DNA of 64,000 nt, taken from an uncultured Alphaproteobacteria bacterium (lineage in GTDB: Bacteria > Pseudomonadota > Alphaproteobacteria > HIMB59 > GCA-002718135). The DNA lies in assembly GCA_902572735.1 (NCBI GenBank), contig CACGGX010000001.1, forward strand, positions 50,294-114,293, written 5' to 3'. Within the stretch, counting starts at the first letter, position 1, and each line of letters opens with the position of its first letter. This document shows, in pieces, positions 39,627 to 49,144 of this stretch. A model generated the notes under the pieces. That model made no database searches. It saw nothing but the letters and a program-made list of their open reading frames with translations, and had not been told where the DNA came from. The position numbers and the translations under genes were made by a program.

Positions 39627-40252
39627 ACGGTACAGTAATAAGAAACCAGCTAATATTTGATTTTGCTTCTGGAATATTGGGTCCAGCAAAGTCGCTATTT
39701 GCATCAGCATATTTAGAATTAAATTCAGATGCCTCTAAAATCGGAAGTACATTTGAAAATATGTTGGGTGAAAACTTAAAGGATAACGAAAACATTCATC
39801 CTAAAAATTTGAAATACACAGATTGTATGAATAATGAAAATACTAAATCTGCTTCAAATCTTAAAGATCCGGTAACTAGTTTTTTTGGAAACTTAAATAA
39901 TTTAAAATGGAAACAAGTTTATAAGGGTTTCAAAGAGTATACTGCATCTATCAATGATAAAGACGAATTGAAGTTAATAAAAATGGACCCTGGAGTATCC
40001 GTACCGTTGCACTCACATGGTGGAAAAGAGTACATATTAGTCTTAGAAGGTAGTTTCTGCGATGAATATGGTAAGTATTTAAGAGGTGATATTCAGATAA
40101 ATGACCAAAAAATAAAACATACACCAATAGCATCAAAAGACACAGGCTGTGTATGCTTAAGTATTACAGAAAAAGACGTAATATTCTTTGGTAAGTACGG
40201 ATCTTTCTTAAACTTATTTACATTTATTAAATCTTTTTTTAAGCAAAAATAA
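39623..40252 (+). CDS. chrR: ChrR-like anti-sigma factor with C-terminal cupin
   Basis: N-terminal DFASG.L; cupin VPLHSHGGKE...LEGSF.DE...HTP...CVCL. Confidence 0.8.
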   Translation: MNGTVIRNQLIFDFASGILGPAKSLFASAYLELNSDASKIGSTFENMLGENLKDNENIHPKNLKYTDCMNNENTKSASNLKDPVTSFFGNLNNLKWKQVYKGFKEYTASINDKDELKLIKMDPGVSVPLHSHGGKEYILVLEGSFCDEYGKYLRGDIQINDQKIKHTPIASKDTGCVCLSITEKDVIFFGKYGSFLNLFTFIKSFFKQK

Positions 40253-40276
40253 ACTCATTATTGTATAACCTCATAC

Positions 40277-41272
40277 GTGTCTAAGATTCACGTAAATTTT
40301 GTTAGGGGTAAAAGAGTTGAAAGCACCCATCAAGTTAAGGCGTTGGTAACAAATGTCGATGGTAAAATTTTATTATCTACAAACAATGATAATGAATATT
40401 TTTTTCCCAGATCATCAATTAAAATATTTCAAGCAATTCCTTTTGCAATGTCAAATGCAATCAAAAATTATAAATTAAATAATAAACATATAGCTTTAGC
40501 TTGTGCTTCACACAAAGGAGAAAAATTTCATATAAAAGAGTTAAAAAAATGGATTTCAAAAATAAACATAAAAACAAAAAATTTACAATGTGGTATTCAT
40601 GCTCCGTTAGATAAAAATGCCTCTGAAAAAATAATATATTCTAGAAAAAAATTTAACGAACTACATAACAATTGTGCAGGCAAACACTTAGGTATGTTAA
40701 CAAGCTGTTTGATCAATAATCAAAGCATTACAAACTATCTTGATTACAATCACGCGCATCAAAAATACATTAGAAAAATTTTTAATAAATTTACAGAAAG
40801 CAAATTATCAAAGAAAAATTTCTCTCTAGATGGTTGTAGTGCGCCACAATACTCATTTAAAATTAAATCTATATCAAAAGCATTAAATAATTTGATTAAG
40901 ACTTATAAAAATAATTATGAGTATACTGATCAAGTAAGAACTTTGGTTAATTCAATTTTAGAAAATCCTGAATTTATTGGAGGGAGTGTAAGTTTTGATA
41001 CAAAAGTAATAAAAGCTTCAAAAGGAAAAATATTTTGTAAAAGTGGGGCTGAAGGTGTTTTTTTATTTGTTGATTTCCAAAAGGAAATTAGCGGGGTAAT
41101 TAAAATTACAGACGGAAATGAAAGAGCTATTCCAATTGCTATACTAAATATATTTAAAAAATTTAAAGTTATGAGTAAAGTAGAATTAAAAAATCTAGAA
41201 AAAAAAGAAAAGTTTGAATTAAAAAATCATGCAGGTAGAAATATTGGTCGTATCAGCCTCACAATGAAATAA
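40277..41272 (+). CDS. L-asparaginase II (Rhizobium-type) family protein
   Basis: VRG..VES.H, RSSIK, ASH.GE, NNCAGKH, DGCSAP, KSGAEG. Confidence 0.88.
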   Translation: MSKIHVNFVRGKRVESTHQVKALVTNVDGKILLSTNNDNEYFFPRSSIKIFQAIPFAMSNAIKNYKLNNKHIALACASHKGEKFHIKELKKWISKINIKTKNLQCGIHAPLDKNASEKIIYSRKKFNELHNNCAGKHLGMLTSCLINNQSITNYLDYNHAHQKYIRKIFNKFTESKLSKKNFSLDGCSAPQYSFKIKSISKALNNLIKTYKNNYEYTDQVRTLVNSILENPEFIGGSVSFDTKVIKASKGKIFCKSGAEGVFLFVDFQKEISGVIKITDGNERAIPIAILNIFKKFKVMSKVELKNLEKKEKFELKNHAGRNIGRISLTMK

Positions 41273-41690
41273 AAAATAAAAATAGGATAATCAAAATCGT
41301 TAAAGGAAGCCTGAGATAGTAAAATACCTTTTTATTTGTTTCGTTTGCAAATAATATAATATAGTCAAAAAATAACTGAGTTAACAAAAGTAAAATTATT
41401 AAGATAAAAATTATTAAATTATTAATGTTAAGAAGGCTTAAAATAATAATTATAACAGCAAATAAGCTAGGCAAAAAACCGTATATTACTATATGAGTGG
41501 GCGGATTATTTTTTAAATTCCAGTTTATTGATCCAATAAAAACAATTATAATTAGACTATAATAAGTAACAAAATTAAGTAGATCTTCTTCCTCAACTAC
41601 TAAAAAATAGTATTTATCTAAAAAAGTTAAAACATATGGTATTAATCCGAAATATGAAATTAGAAACTGAAAATTAATTTTTTTGGACAT
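41259..41690 (-). CDS. DUF3429-like membrane protein
   Basis: YFGLIPY, Y..II..FIGSINW, YYLRLPLT; four TM segments. Confidence 0.7.
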   Translation of the reverse strand: MSKKINFQFLISYFGLIPYVLTFLDKYYFLVVEEEDLLNFVTYYSLIIIVFIGSINWNLKNNPPTHIVIYGFLPSLFAVIIIILSLLNINNLIIFILIILLLLTQLFFDYIILFANETNKKVFYYLRLPLTILIILFLFFISL

Positions 41691-41695
41691 TTTGT

Positions 41696-42571
41696 ATGAT
41701 TGATAAAAGTATCATTATAGAAATTGAAAAACTTTTAGATAATAAAAAAATTATAGATAGCAAGTTATTATCAGACTCTTTTGGTATTAATTGTTTAAAA
41801 ATTATTACAAATGACAGTAAGGAGTTTATTGTTAAATATTATTACAAAAATAATGATAAATTTAATGCTATAAAATCTGAAAAGGATAATCTTGTATTTT
41901 TTAATAAACAAAAGTTTAATTATTTTCCAAATATTATTAACTATAATGATAGATTTCTAATCATGTCATTCATAAGTAATAATGATGATCAACCAGAAAA
42001 AACAAATGTTGATTTGTTAAATTCCATAATTTCTATTCATTCAATAAAGAATCAATATTATGGTTTTGATTTTGATACACAGATTGGTGGTTTAAAGCAG
42101 ATTAATTCTAAATCTAAAAATTGGAAAGAGTTCTATGCAGATAAAAGACTATCTTACATTTTTGATTTAGTTAACAAAAATAAGCCTATGGATAAATCAA
42201 TTAATACTAAAATTGATTTATTGATTAAAAAAATGGATAATTTTATTCCAACCAATCCAAGACCATCTTTATTACACGGTGATTTATGGGAAGGAAATAT
42301 ACTTTTTAAAAATAAAAAATTCGTAGGTTTTATTGACCCGGGATCATTTTATGGTCACAATGAATTAGAAGTTTCTTATTTGAGGTGGTTTAACCCAAAA
42401 TTTATTGATAATAATTTTTTAAATAAATACAACGATCATATCAAGGTTGATAAATATTATTTAGAATATGAACCAGTTTATCAATTGTATTATTCATTAT
42501 TAAATGTTTATTTATGGGATAGAAGATATGTTGAGGATGTTCGTAGGTTATTAGATAAAATTAAAATATAA
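41696..42571 (+). CDS. fructosamine/ketosamine-3-kinase family protein
   Basis: YGFDFDTQIG, PSLLHGDLWEGN, IDP..FYGHNE. Confidence 0.9.
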   Translation: MIDKSIIIEIEKLLDNKKIIDSKLLSDSFGINCLKIITNDSKEFIVKYYYKNNDKFNAIKSEKDNLVFFNKQKFNYFPNIINYNDRFLIMSFISNNDDQPEKTNVDLLNSIISIHSIKNQYYGFDFDTQIGGLKQINSKSKNWKEFYADKRLSYIFDLVNKNKPMDKSINTKIDLLIKKMDNFIPTNPRPSLLHGDLWEGNILFKNKKFVGFIDPGSFYGHNELEVSYLRWFNPKFIDNNFLNKYNDHIKVDKYYLEYEPVYQLYYSLLNVYLWDRRYVEDVRRLLDKIKI

Positions 42572-42574
42572 AGA

Positions 42575-43627
42575 TTAAACACAAGGATTAGGATCAGATA
42601 AGTGTATGTCCTCAATTTCTTTTAATATTTCTTTTGAAAGAGTTATATCAATGCTATCTATATTTTCTTTAAGTTGGTCCATAGTTGTAGCACCAATTAT
42701 ATTACTTGTAACAAATGGACGATCATTCACAAAAGCGTTAGCAAATGTAGATGGTGAAATTTCATATTTTTGAGCAAGTTTAAAATATTTTTCTATTGCA
42801 CTTTCGCCTCTTTCAGTATGGTGTCTGGAAAAACGTCTTGGCCAAAGAGTATACCTTGCTTTTTCTGGATTTTTACCACCAATATATTTACCACTTAATC
42901 TTCCTCCGGCTAAAGGGGAGTAAGCGAGTAAACCACAATTCTCTCTTATTGATACTTCAGAGTTATGAATATCAAATACGCGGTTAACTAAACTATAAAC
43001 ATTCTGTATTGACATCATCCGTGGAAGATTTTTTTCTTTTGAAATTTGAAGGTATTTCATGACACCCCAAGGCGTTTCGTTAGATAAACCAGCGTATCTA
43101 ATTTTACCTGCTTTAACAAGTTGATGTAGATTATATAAAACTTCCTCTACTGTAGTCCAATCATTATCACTTGCATCATATTCAAAGTCTAAAATTCCAA
43201 ATTTTGGTACTTTTCTCTCTGGCCAGTGTAATTGATATAAATCAATATAATCAGTTTTTAATCTTTTAAGACTCTCATCTATTGCAGCGTTCATATTTTT
43301 TTTATCAAAACCTAGACTTTTTGAACCTTCTCTTATCCACTCAAGGCCATCTGATTTTGAAGCTATTTTCGAAGCTAAAATGATTTTGTCTCTACTTTTC
43401 CTTTCTTGGAACCAATTGCCAACTATTTCTTCTGTTTTTCCATAAGTTTCTTTTCTAGGCATGACAGCATATAACTCAGCAGTGTCAAAAAAATTGATAC
43501 CTCTTTCAACTGCATAATCCATTTGATCAAAACCTTCTTGTTGACTATTTTGCTCACCAAAAGTCATTGTGCCTAAACAAATGACACTTACATCAATATC
43601 TGTATTACCTAGTTTTCTATATTTCAT
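42575..43627 (-). CDS. aldo/keto reductase, Tas-like (copy B)
   Basis: LGTMTFG, FFDTAELY, DYIDLYQLHWP, GLSNETPWG, AYSPLAGG. Confidence 0.92.
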   Translation of the reverse strand: MKYRKLGNTDIDVSVICLGTMTFGEQNSQQEGFDQMDYAVERGINFFDTAELYAVMPRKETYGKTEEIVGNWFQERKSRDKIILASKIASKSDGLEWIREGSKSLGFDKKNMNAAIDESLKRLKTDYIDLYQLHWPERKVPKFGILDFEYDASDNDWTTVEEVLYNLHQLVKAGKIRYAGLSNETPWGVMKYLQISKEKNLPRMMSIQNVYSLVNRVFDIHNSEVSIRENCGLLAYSPLAGGRLSGKYIGGKNPEKARYTLWPRRFSRHHTERGESAIEKYFKLAQKYEISPSTFANAFVNDRPFVTSNIIGATTMDQLKENIDSIDITLSKEILKEIEDIHLSDPNPCV

Positions 43628-44042
43628 TTTTTTTTAATTATTACACGCAAGGGTTTGGATCATAAAGATGAATATCTTCAATCTCTTGTAAAATATCATC
43701 AGTTAAAGTTATATCAATGCTATCTACATTTTCTTTAAGTTGCTCCATTGTTGTTGCTCCAATAATGTTACTGGTAACAAAAGGACGATCGTTTACAAAT
43801 GCATTAGCAAAAGTTGAGGGTGCTATGCCATGCTTGTTAGCAAGATTGACATACTTCTCAATAGCATTTTCTCCTCTCATAGTGTTGTGTCTATCAAAGC
43901 GATTAGCCCATAATGTAAACCTTGTATTAGGTGGATTTTTACCACCAATATATTTACCACTTAATCTTCCTCCGGCTAAAGGGGAGTAAGCGAGTAAACC
44001 ACAATTCTCTCTTATTGATACTTCAGAGTTATGAATATCAAA
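42866..44042. repeat. 111-bp perfect direct repeat shared by the two AKR paralogs
   Basis: 42866-42976 is identical to 43932-44042; a second 42-bp identity links 43232-43273 and 44295-44336. Confidence 0.9.
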
Positions 44043-44690
44043 AATTCTATTTACTAAACTATAAACATTCTGAATGGACATCATACGAGGAAGATTTTTT
44101 TCTTCTGATAATTTCATATATTTCATAACTCCCCAAGGAGTTTCATTTGAGACACCAATATGTCTTACTTTTCCTTGCTTAATCAAATCTTGAAGACAAG
44201 ATAACACCTCTTCTAACTCAACCCATGAGTCTTCAGGATCATATTCAAAATCCAGTTTTCCAAACTTTGGTACTTTTCTCTCTGGTGCATGAAGTTGATA
44301 TAAATCAATATAATCAGTTTTTAATCTTTTAAGACTTCCATCTATTGCAGCATTAATATTTTTTTTATCAAAAATGAGATTTGGCCCCCCTTCTCTAATC
44401 CAACTATTTCCTTCACTTTTTGCACAAATTTTAGTTGCTAAAATTACATCTTTTCGTTTATTGTTTTGAGCAAACCAATTACCAATTATTTCCTCTGTTT
44501 TTCCATATGTTTCCGCTCTAGTTGGTATAGAGTAAACCTCAGCTGTATCAAAAAAATTTACACCTCTTTCAAAAGCATAGTCCATCTGTTTAAAGCCATC
44601 GTCTTGGTTGTTCTGTTCTCCCCAAGTCATTGTCCCTAAACAAATAACACTTACTTCTAAATCTGTAGTCCCTAGTTTTCTATACTTCAT
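43641..44690 (-). CDS. aldo/keto reductase, Tas-like (copy A)
   Basis: LGTMTWG, FFDTAEVY, DYIDLYQLHAP, GVSNETPWG, AYSPLAGG. Confidence 0.92.
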   Translation of the reverse strand: MKYRKLGTTDLEVSVICLGTMTWGEQNNQDDGFKQMDYAFERGVNFFDTAEVYSIPTRAETYGKTEEIIGNWFAQNNKRKDVILATKICAKSEGNSWIREGGPNLIFDKKNINAAIDGSLKRLKTDYIDLYQLHAPERKVPKFGKLDFEYDPEDSWVELEEVLSCLQDLIKQGKVRHIGVSNETPWGVMKYMKLSEEKNLPRMMSIQNVYSLVNRIFDIHNSEVSIRENCGLLAYSPLAGGRLSGKYIGGKNPPNTRFTLWANRFDRHNTMRGENAIEKYVNLANKHGIAPSTFANAFVNDRPFVTSNIIGATTMEQLKENVDSIDITLTDDILQEIEDIHLYDPNPCV

Positions 44691-44708
44691 ACTATTTTTA
44701 CAAAATGC

Positions 44709-44736
44709 CTTGAAATTGTCGGATTTATAGCGATAT
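44709..44736 (+). promoter_or_regulatory. possible sigma-32 (RpoH) promoter of the Bax-inhibitor gene
   Basis: CTTGAA-N16-CGATAT upstream of the AGGAG RBS. Confidence 0.45.
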
Positions 44737-44760
44737 TATTAATAATTAAAAGGAGAAATT

Positions 44761-45513
44761 ATGGCTTTAGACTTTAATCAACGATCTTATACTAAATCAG
44801 TAGATCAGACGGCAATTGATGAAGGCTTGAGAGCGTATATGCTTAAAGTCTACAATTATATGACTACAGGGTTGGTGTTAACTGGATTTATTGCTTATTT
44901 TTTTGGTAAAGCATCAATCGTAACTGGAGATAACGGACAAATCCTCGGATATACTGATCTTGGGATGCTACTTTTTGGATCACCTCTTGCTTGGGTAATA
45001 ATGTTAGCCCCTTTAGGATTTGTATTTTATCTGAGCGCAAGAATTAATAAAATTTCAACAAGCGCAGCTCAAATCACATTCTGGTTGTTTGCCTCAATAA
45101 TGGGTCTATCAATGGCATCAATATTTATTCAATTTACTGGAACCTCCATAGCAAGAGTATTTTTTATTACTGCGGGTACATTTGGAGCAATGAGTTTATA
45201 TGGATATACCACTAAAAGAGATCTTACTAAACTTGGTGGTTTCTTATTTATGGGTTTAATTGGAATTATAATTGCAAGTATTGCAAATTTTTGGTTTCAA
45301 AGTGGTCCATTAGCTTTTGCTATATCAGTTATTGGGGTCTTAGTTTTTGTAGGACTAACAGCATATGATACTCAAAACATCAAAAATATGTATTATGGTG
45401 GTGACAGTGAAGAAATAGGATCAAAAAAAGCATTGATGGGTGCATTAAAACTGTATTTAGACTTCATCAATCTATTCATTTTATTACTACAATTATTTGG
45501 TCAAAGAAGATAA
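44761..45513 (+). CDS. Bax inhibitor-1/YccA family membrane protein
   Basis: DEGLRAYMLKVYNYM, YGYTTKRDL, LTAYDTQ, GALKLYLDFINLF. Confidence 0.95.
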   Translation: MALDFNQRSYTKSVDQTAIDEGLRAYMLKVYNYMTTGLVLTGFIAYFFGKASIVTGDNGQILGYTDLGMLLFGSPLAWVIMLAPLGFVFYLSARINKISTSAAQITFWLFASIMGLSMASIFIQFTGTSIARVFFITAGTFGAMSLYGYTTKRDLTKLGGFLFMGLIGIIIASIANFWFQSGPLAFAISVIGVLVFVGLTAYDTQNIKNMYYGGDSEEIGSKKALMGALKLYLDFINLFILLLQLFGQRR

Positions 45514-45544
45514 TTCTTTTAAAAACTAAATATCTTTTTATTAT

Positions 45545-45573
45545 ACCCAGTCTTTTAAAGGCTGGGTTTTTTT
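45545..45573 (+). terminator. intrinsic terminator
   Basis: ACCCAGTCT-tttaa-AGGCTGGG-T7. Confidence 0.85.
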
Positions 45574-47379
45574 ATGTCTAAGTTAGAAAATAAACTTAAA
45601 AAAATAATTAATTCTTTTAACAACATAGATAGAAATATTGCCTACGAAGATATTAAAAAATTATCAATAAAATATCATAAAAATATTAAAGTTCTAAGTG
45701 TACTATCACAGATAGCACAAAAAATGGGTGACGTAGATACAACAATAAATACTTTAAAAAGAATTTTGTTAATAGATAATAATAATATCGAATGTCTTTC
45801 TAAAATTTATAAATTATTCTTAACCAAATCCTTATTAGATGAATCATTAGCAAATATTAATTTAATTCTCAGATTAGATAAAGATCATTATGAGGCAAAA
45901 CGTGATAAGGCTTATATTTATTTTTTAAAAAATAGTTTTGACAGTGCAAAAAAATATATTGATGATATTTCAAAATTAAAAGAAGATGATTTCTTTGGCT
46001 ATAATATTAAAGGCTTAATATATTTAAAAAATAATAACTTGCATGAAGCAAAAAATTATTTTGAACAAGCAATTAAGATAAATAATAAATATATTGATAG
46101 TTATAATAATTTAGGTGTTTGTTTACTTGAATTAGAAAAATTAAATGAAGCATACACAGTATTTAAAAATGCTCACAAAATTCACCCTGATAATCCTAAA
46201 ACTCTAATAAATTTGGGTAATATATTAAGTCTCCAAGATAATATTTTAGAAGCTATAAAAATTTACAATAAAGCATTGTTACTAGATCCAAAAAATCAAG
46301 AAATTTTATCTAATATAGCAATATGTTATTGTAGAGAAAATAGAGAAAAAGAAGCTAAAGTTTACTATGATAAAGCAATTAAAATTAATCCATTCGATTA
46401 TAAATTAAAATATGCGTATTGTACTTTACAGTTAAAATTAAATAATTTTTCCAATTCGTGGGACTTGTTTGACTCAAGATTATTGATTGAAAAAAATAGA
46501 GTAAAATTAAATAATCTTGAATTTGTTAAGGATAACCTTTTTGAAAATTTGAAGGTAAATCCAAAAAATAAATTGCTTATATTAAGAGAACAAGGAATTG
46601 GTGAAGAGATTTTGTTTAGCACTGTATATAAAGATATCATTGACAATTTTAAAAAAGTTAAAATTGAAGCTGATAAAAGACTACTATCAGTTTTTAGTCG
46701 ATCTTTTCAAAATGATATTTTTGTTGAAGATGGATATTATTCAAAAGACTCAAAAATATCTGAATTTGACAATGTCATATACGCTGGAAGTATGCTCCAA
46801 TTTTTTAGAAAAAGAAAAACTGACTTTAATAATAGTAATTATTTATTAGCCAGAAAAGATATTGTTGATAAATACAAAGAAAAGTTATCTAATTCTAAAA
46901 ATAGACTAAAAGTAGGCATTTCATGGAAAAGTATTATAAATATTTATGGAAACTTAAAGTCATTATCTATTAAAGATTTTGAGCCATTATTTACTAATGA
47001 TAGACTTATTATAAACTTACAATATGGAAACATTGAAAATGATAAGAGATATTTATCAAGTCAAAAAAAATACCTAAAAATATTTAATGATTTAGATTTA
47101 TTCAATGATATTGAATCTTGTATGGGTTTGCTAAAAAACTTAGATTTGTTCATAACAGTTAGTAATTCAACAGCTCATTTTGCAGGAGCTCTTGGTATTC
47201 CTACAATATTAATATGTCCCAAAAAATCATCAACGTATTACTATTGGGATACTAGTAGTGGATCATCAATATGGTATAAAAATATAAAAGTTTTAGGAAT
47301 AGAAGATTCAATAAGTAATACTATAAAGAAAATAAATAGCATCGTAGAAAAAAATAATGAATTTAATTTCTCAAATTAA
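45574..47379 (+). CDS. TPR repeat protein with C-terminal glycosyltransferase-like domain (paralog 1)
   Basis: TPR helices (YNNLG, LINLG), then EQGIGEE, GISWKS, NLQYG, DLFITVSNSTAHFAGALG. Confidence 0.8.
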   Translation: MSKLENKLKKIINSFNNIDRNIAYEDIKKLSIKYHKNIKVLSVLSQIAQKMGDVDTTINTLKRILLIDNNNIECLSKIYKLFLTKSLLDESLANINLILRLDKDHYEAKRDKAYIYFLKNSFDSAKKYIDDISKLKEDDFFGYNIKGLIYLKNNNLHEAKNYFEQAIKINNKYIDSYNNLGVCLLELEKLNEAYTVFKNAHKIHPDNPKTLINLGNILSLQDNILEAIKIYNKALLLDPKNQEILSNIAICYCRENREKEAKVYYDKAIKINPFDYKLKYAYCTLQLKLNNFSNSWDLFDSRLLIEKNRVKLNNLEFVKDNLFENLKVNPKNKLLILREQGIGEEILFSTVYKDIIDNFKKVKIEADKRLLSVFSRSFQNDIFVEDGYYSKDSKISEFDNVIYAGSMLQFFRKRKTDFNNSNYLLARKDIVDKYKEKLSNSKNRLKVGISWKSIINIYGNLKSLSIKDFEPLFTNDRLIINLQYGNIENDKRYLSSQKKYLKIFNDLDLFNDIESCMGLLKNLDLFITVSNSTAHFAGALGIPTILICPKKSSTYYYWDTSSGSSIWYKNIKVLGIEDSISNTIKKINSIVEKNNEFNFSN

Positions 47380-49144
47380 TAATATTCTTAAAAGATTTGA
47401 AACAGGTGATAAATTAAAAAGTTACAATGACCTTCAAAGAATTTTTAAAAAAAATAAAGGTAATAATTTATTACGTTATAACTTAGCAGTTATTCAGCAA
47501 AATTTAAATCTAAATGAAGAGGCTAGGACAAATTATATTTATTTAATAAAAGTTGAAAAAAATTTGAAGGCAATGATTAATCTTTACAATATGGATATTG
47601 TAGAATCAAATTATTATGAAGCACTTAATACAATAGAAAATATTTTAAAAATACAGAGAATTGAAAATGTAGATAAAGATAAAGCTTTCGTTTTATATAA
47701 ATTAAATAGAATTGAAGAGGCTAAAAAAATTTGCATGTTTTATCTTAAAGAAAATAATGCAGACTTAAGTTGCCTGAGCGTAATAGGACAATGCTTGGCA
47801 CATGAAGGCAATTACGATGAAGCAATTAAAATATTTAAAAATATATTACAAATAGACTCAAAAAATCTCTCTGCATTAAATTCTTTAGCAAAAACTTATC
47901 ATGAAAAAGGTGAAAAGATAAAAGCAGAAGAATATTATTTAAGAGCTTTAAAGATTAATAAATTATCTTTCTATTTATTAAATAATATTGCTGGTTTTTA
48001 TAGGGAAGAATCATCTTATAATAAAGCTATCAATTATTACAAACTGGCACTTTCTGTAAATCCAAATAATGCTTATATCTATAACAATTTAGCTAAAATT
48101 TATTTTGATTTAAACAATCATAAGGAAGCTTTAGAAAGTAGCTTTAAAGCTTTAGAAATGAAAAAAAATGATGGTGATATTAAAAAAACAATTTCTTTTA
48201 TATATTTAAAGGATCATGATTTTAAAAATGGTTGGAATTATTTTGATGGCAGATTGGATTTAGAAGATTTTAAAGAAAAAAATAATTACGTAAAAAAATT
48301 AAACAGCAAATTATATAGGTCAAGCAATCTGAAGAATAAAAAAGGTAAATTTATAATTGTGCGGGAACAAGGTATTGGAGATGAAATACTTTATAGTTCT
48401 ATGTATGGAGATCTTTTAAGTGATATCGATAATACGATTATTGAGTGTGATCCTCGTTTATTAAATCTCTACAAAAGATCATTTCCTGAATATAGAGAAA
48501 AATTTGTTGGTCATGGCACTATTACAAATCATGAAGAGAAATTTAAAGAAATTGATAATGTAATTTATGCGGGAAGTTTAGGAAGATATTATCGTAAGAA
48601 TTTTAAAGATTTTAAAAAAAATTCTTATTTAAAAGTAGACAAAAAGAAATTTGAGGAAATACAAAAAAAATTGTCAATTTATAAAAAAGAATACAAAATC
48701 GGATTATCATGGAAAAGTTTTAATAACCAATTTGCTAAAGACAAATCACTAAATCTTAAAGATCTCAATAATATTTTTAATCTTACTAACTGTGATATCT
48801 TTAACCTACAATATGGCGATGTTAAAAATGAAATTAATAGTTTTAATAGTATAAATAAGAATAAACTTCTAAGTATAGAAGGATTAGATTTATTTAATGA
48901 TTTTGAGGGTATTGCTTCATTATTAAAGTCACTTGATGTTTTTGTTAGTATTAGTAACAGCACTGCTCATCTTGCTGGAGCATTAGGTGTAAAAACAATT
49001 TTAATTAAGCCAGAAAATTTTGCTGTTTTTCATTACTGGAATCAAAAGACAGATGTTACTCCTTGGTATGATTCTGTTAAACTAATTGATAAGAAAGATT
49101 TCTTACAAAATTCTAAATTTTTAAAAAACTTTTTAAGAATTTGA
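47357..49144 (+). CDS. TPR repeat protein with C-terminal glycosyltransferase-like domain (paralog 2)
   Basis: TPRs, then EQGIGDE, CDPRL, GLSWKS, NLQYG, SNSTAHLAGALG, TPWY. Confidence 0.8.
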   Translation: MNLISQINNILKRFETGDKLKSYNDLQRIFKKNKGNNLLRYNLAVIQQNLNLNEEARTNYIYLIKVEKNLKAMINLYNMDIVESNYYEALNTIENILKIQRIENVDKDKAFVLYKLNRIEEAKKICMFYLKENNADLSCLSVIGQCLAHEGNYDEAIKIFKNILQIDSKNLSALNSLAKTYHEKGEKIKAEEYYLRALKINKLSFYLLNNIAGFYREESSYNKAINYYKLALSVNPNNAYIYNNLAKIYFDLNNHKEALESSFKALEMKKNDGDIKKTISFIYLKDHDFKNGWNYFDGRLDLEDFKEKNNYVKKLNSKLYRSSNLKNKKGKFIIVREQGIGDEILYSSMYGDLLSDIDNTIIECDPRLLNLYKRSFPEYREKFVGHGTITNHEEKFKEIDNVIYAGSLGRYYRKNFKDFKKNSYLKVDKKKFEEIQKKLSIYKKEYKIGLSWKSFNNQFAKDKSLNLKDLNNIFNLTNCDIFNLQYGDVKNEINSFNSINKNKLLSIEGLDLFNDFEGIASLLKSLDVFVSISNSTAHLAGALGVKTILIKPENFAVFHYWNQKTDVTPWYDSVKLIDKKDFLQNSKFLKNFLRI

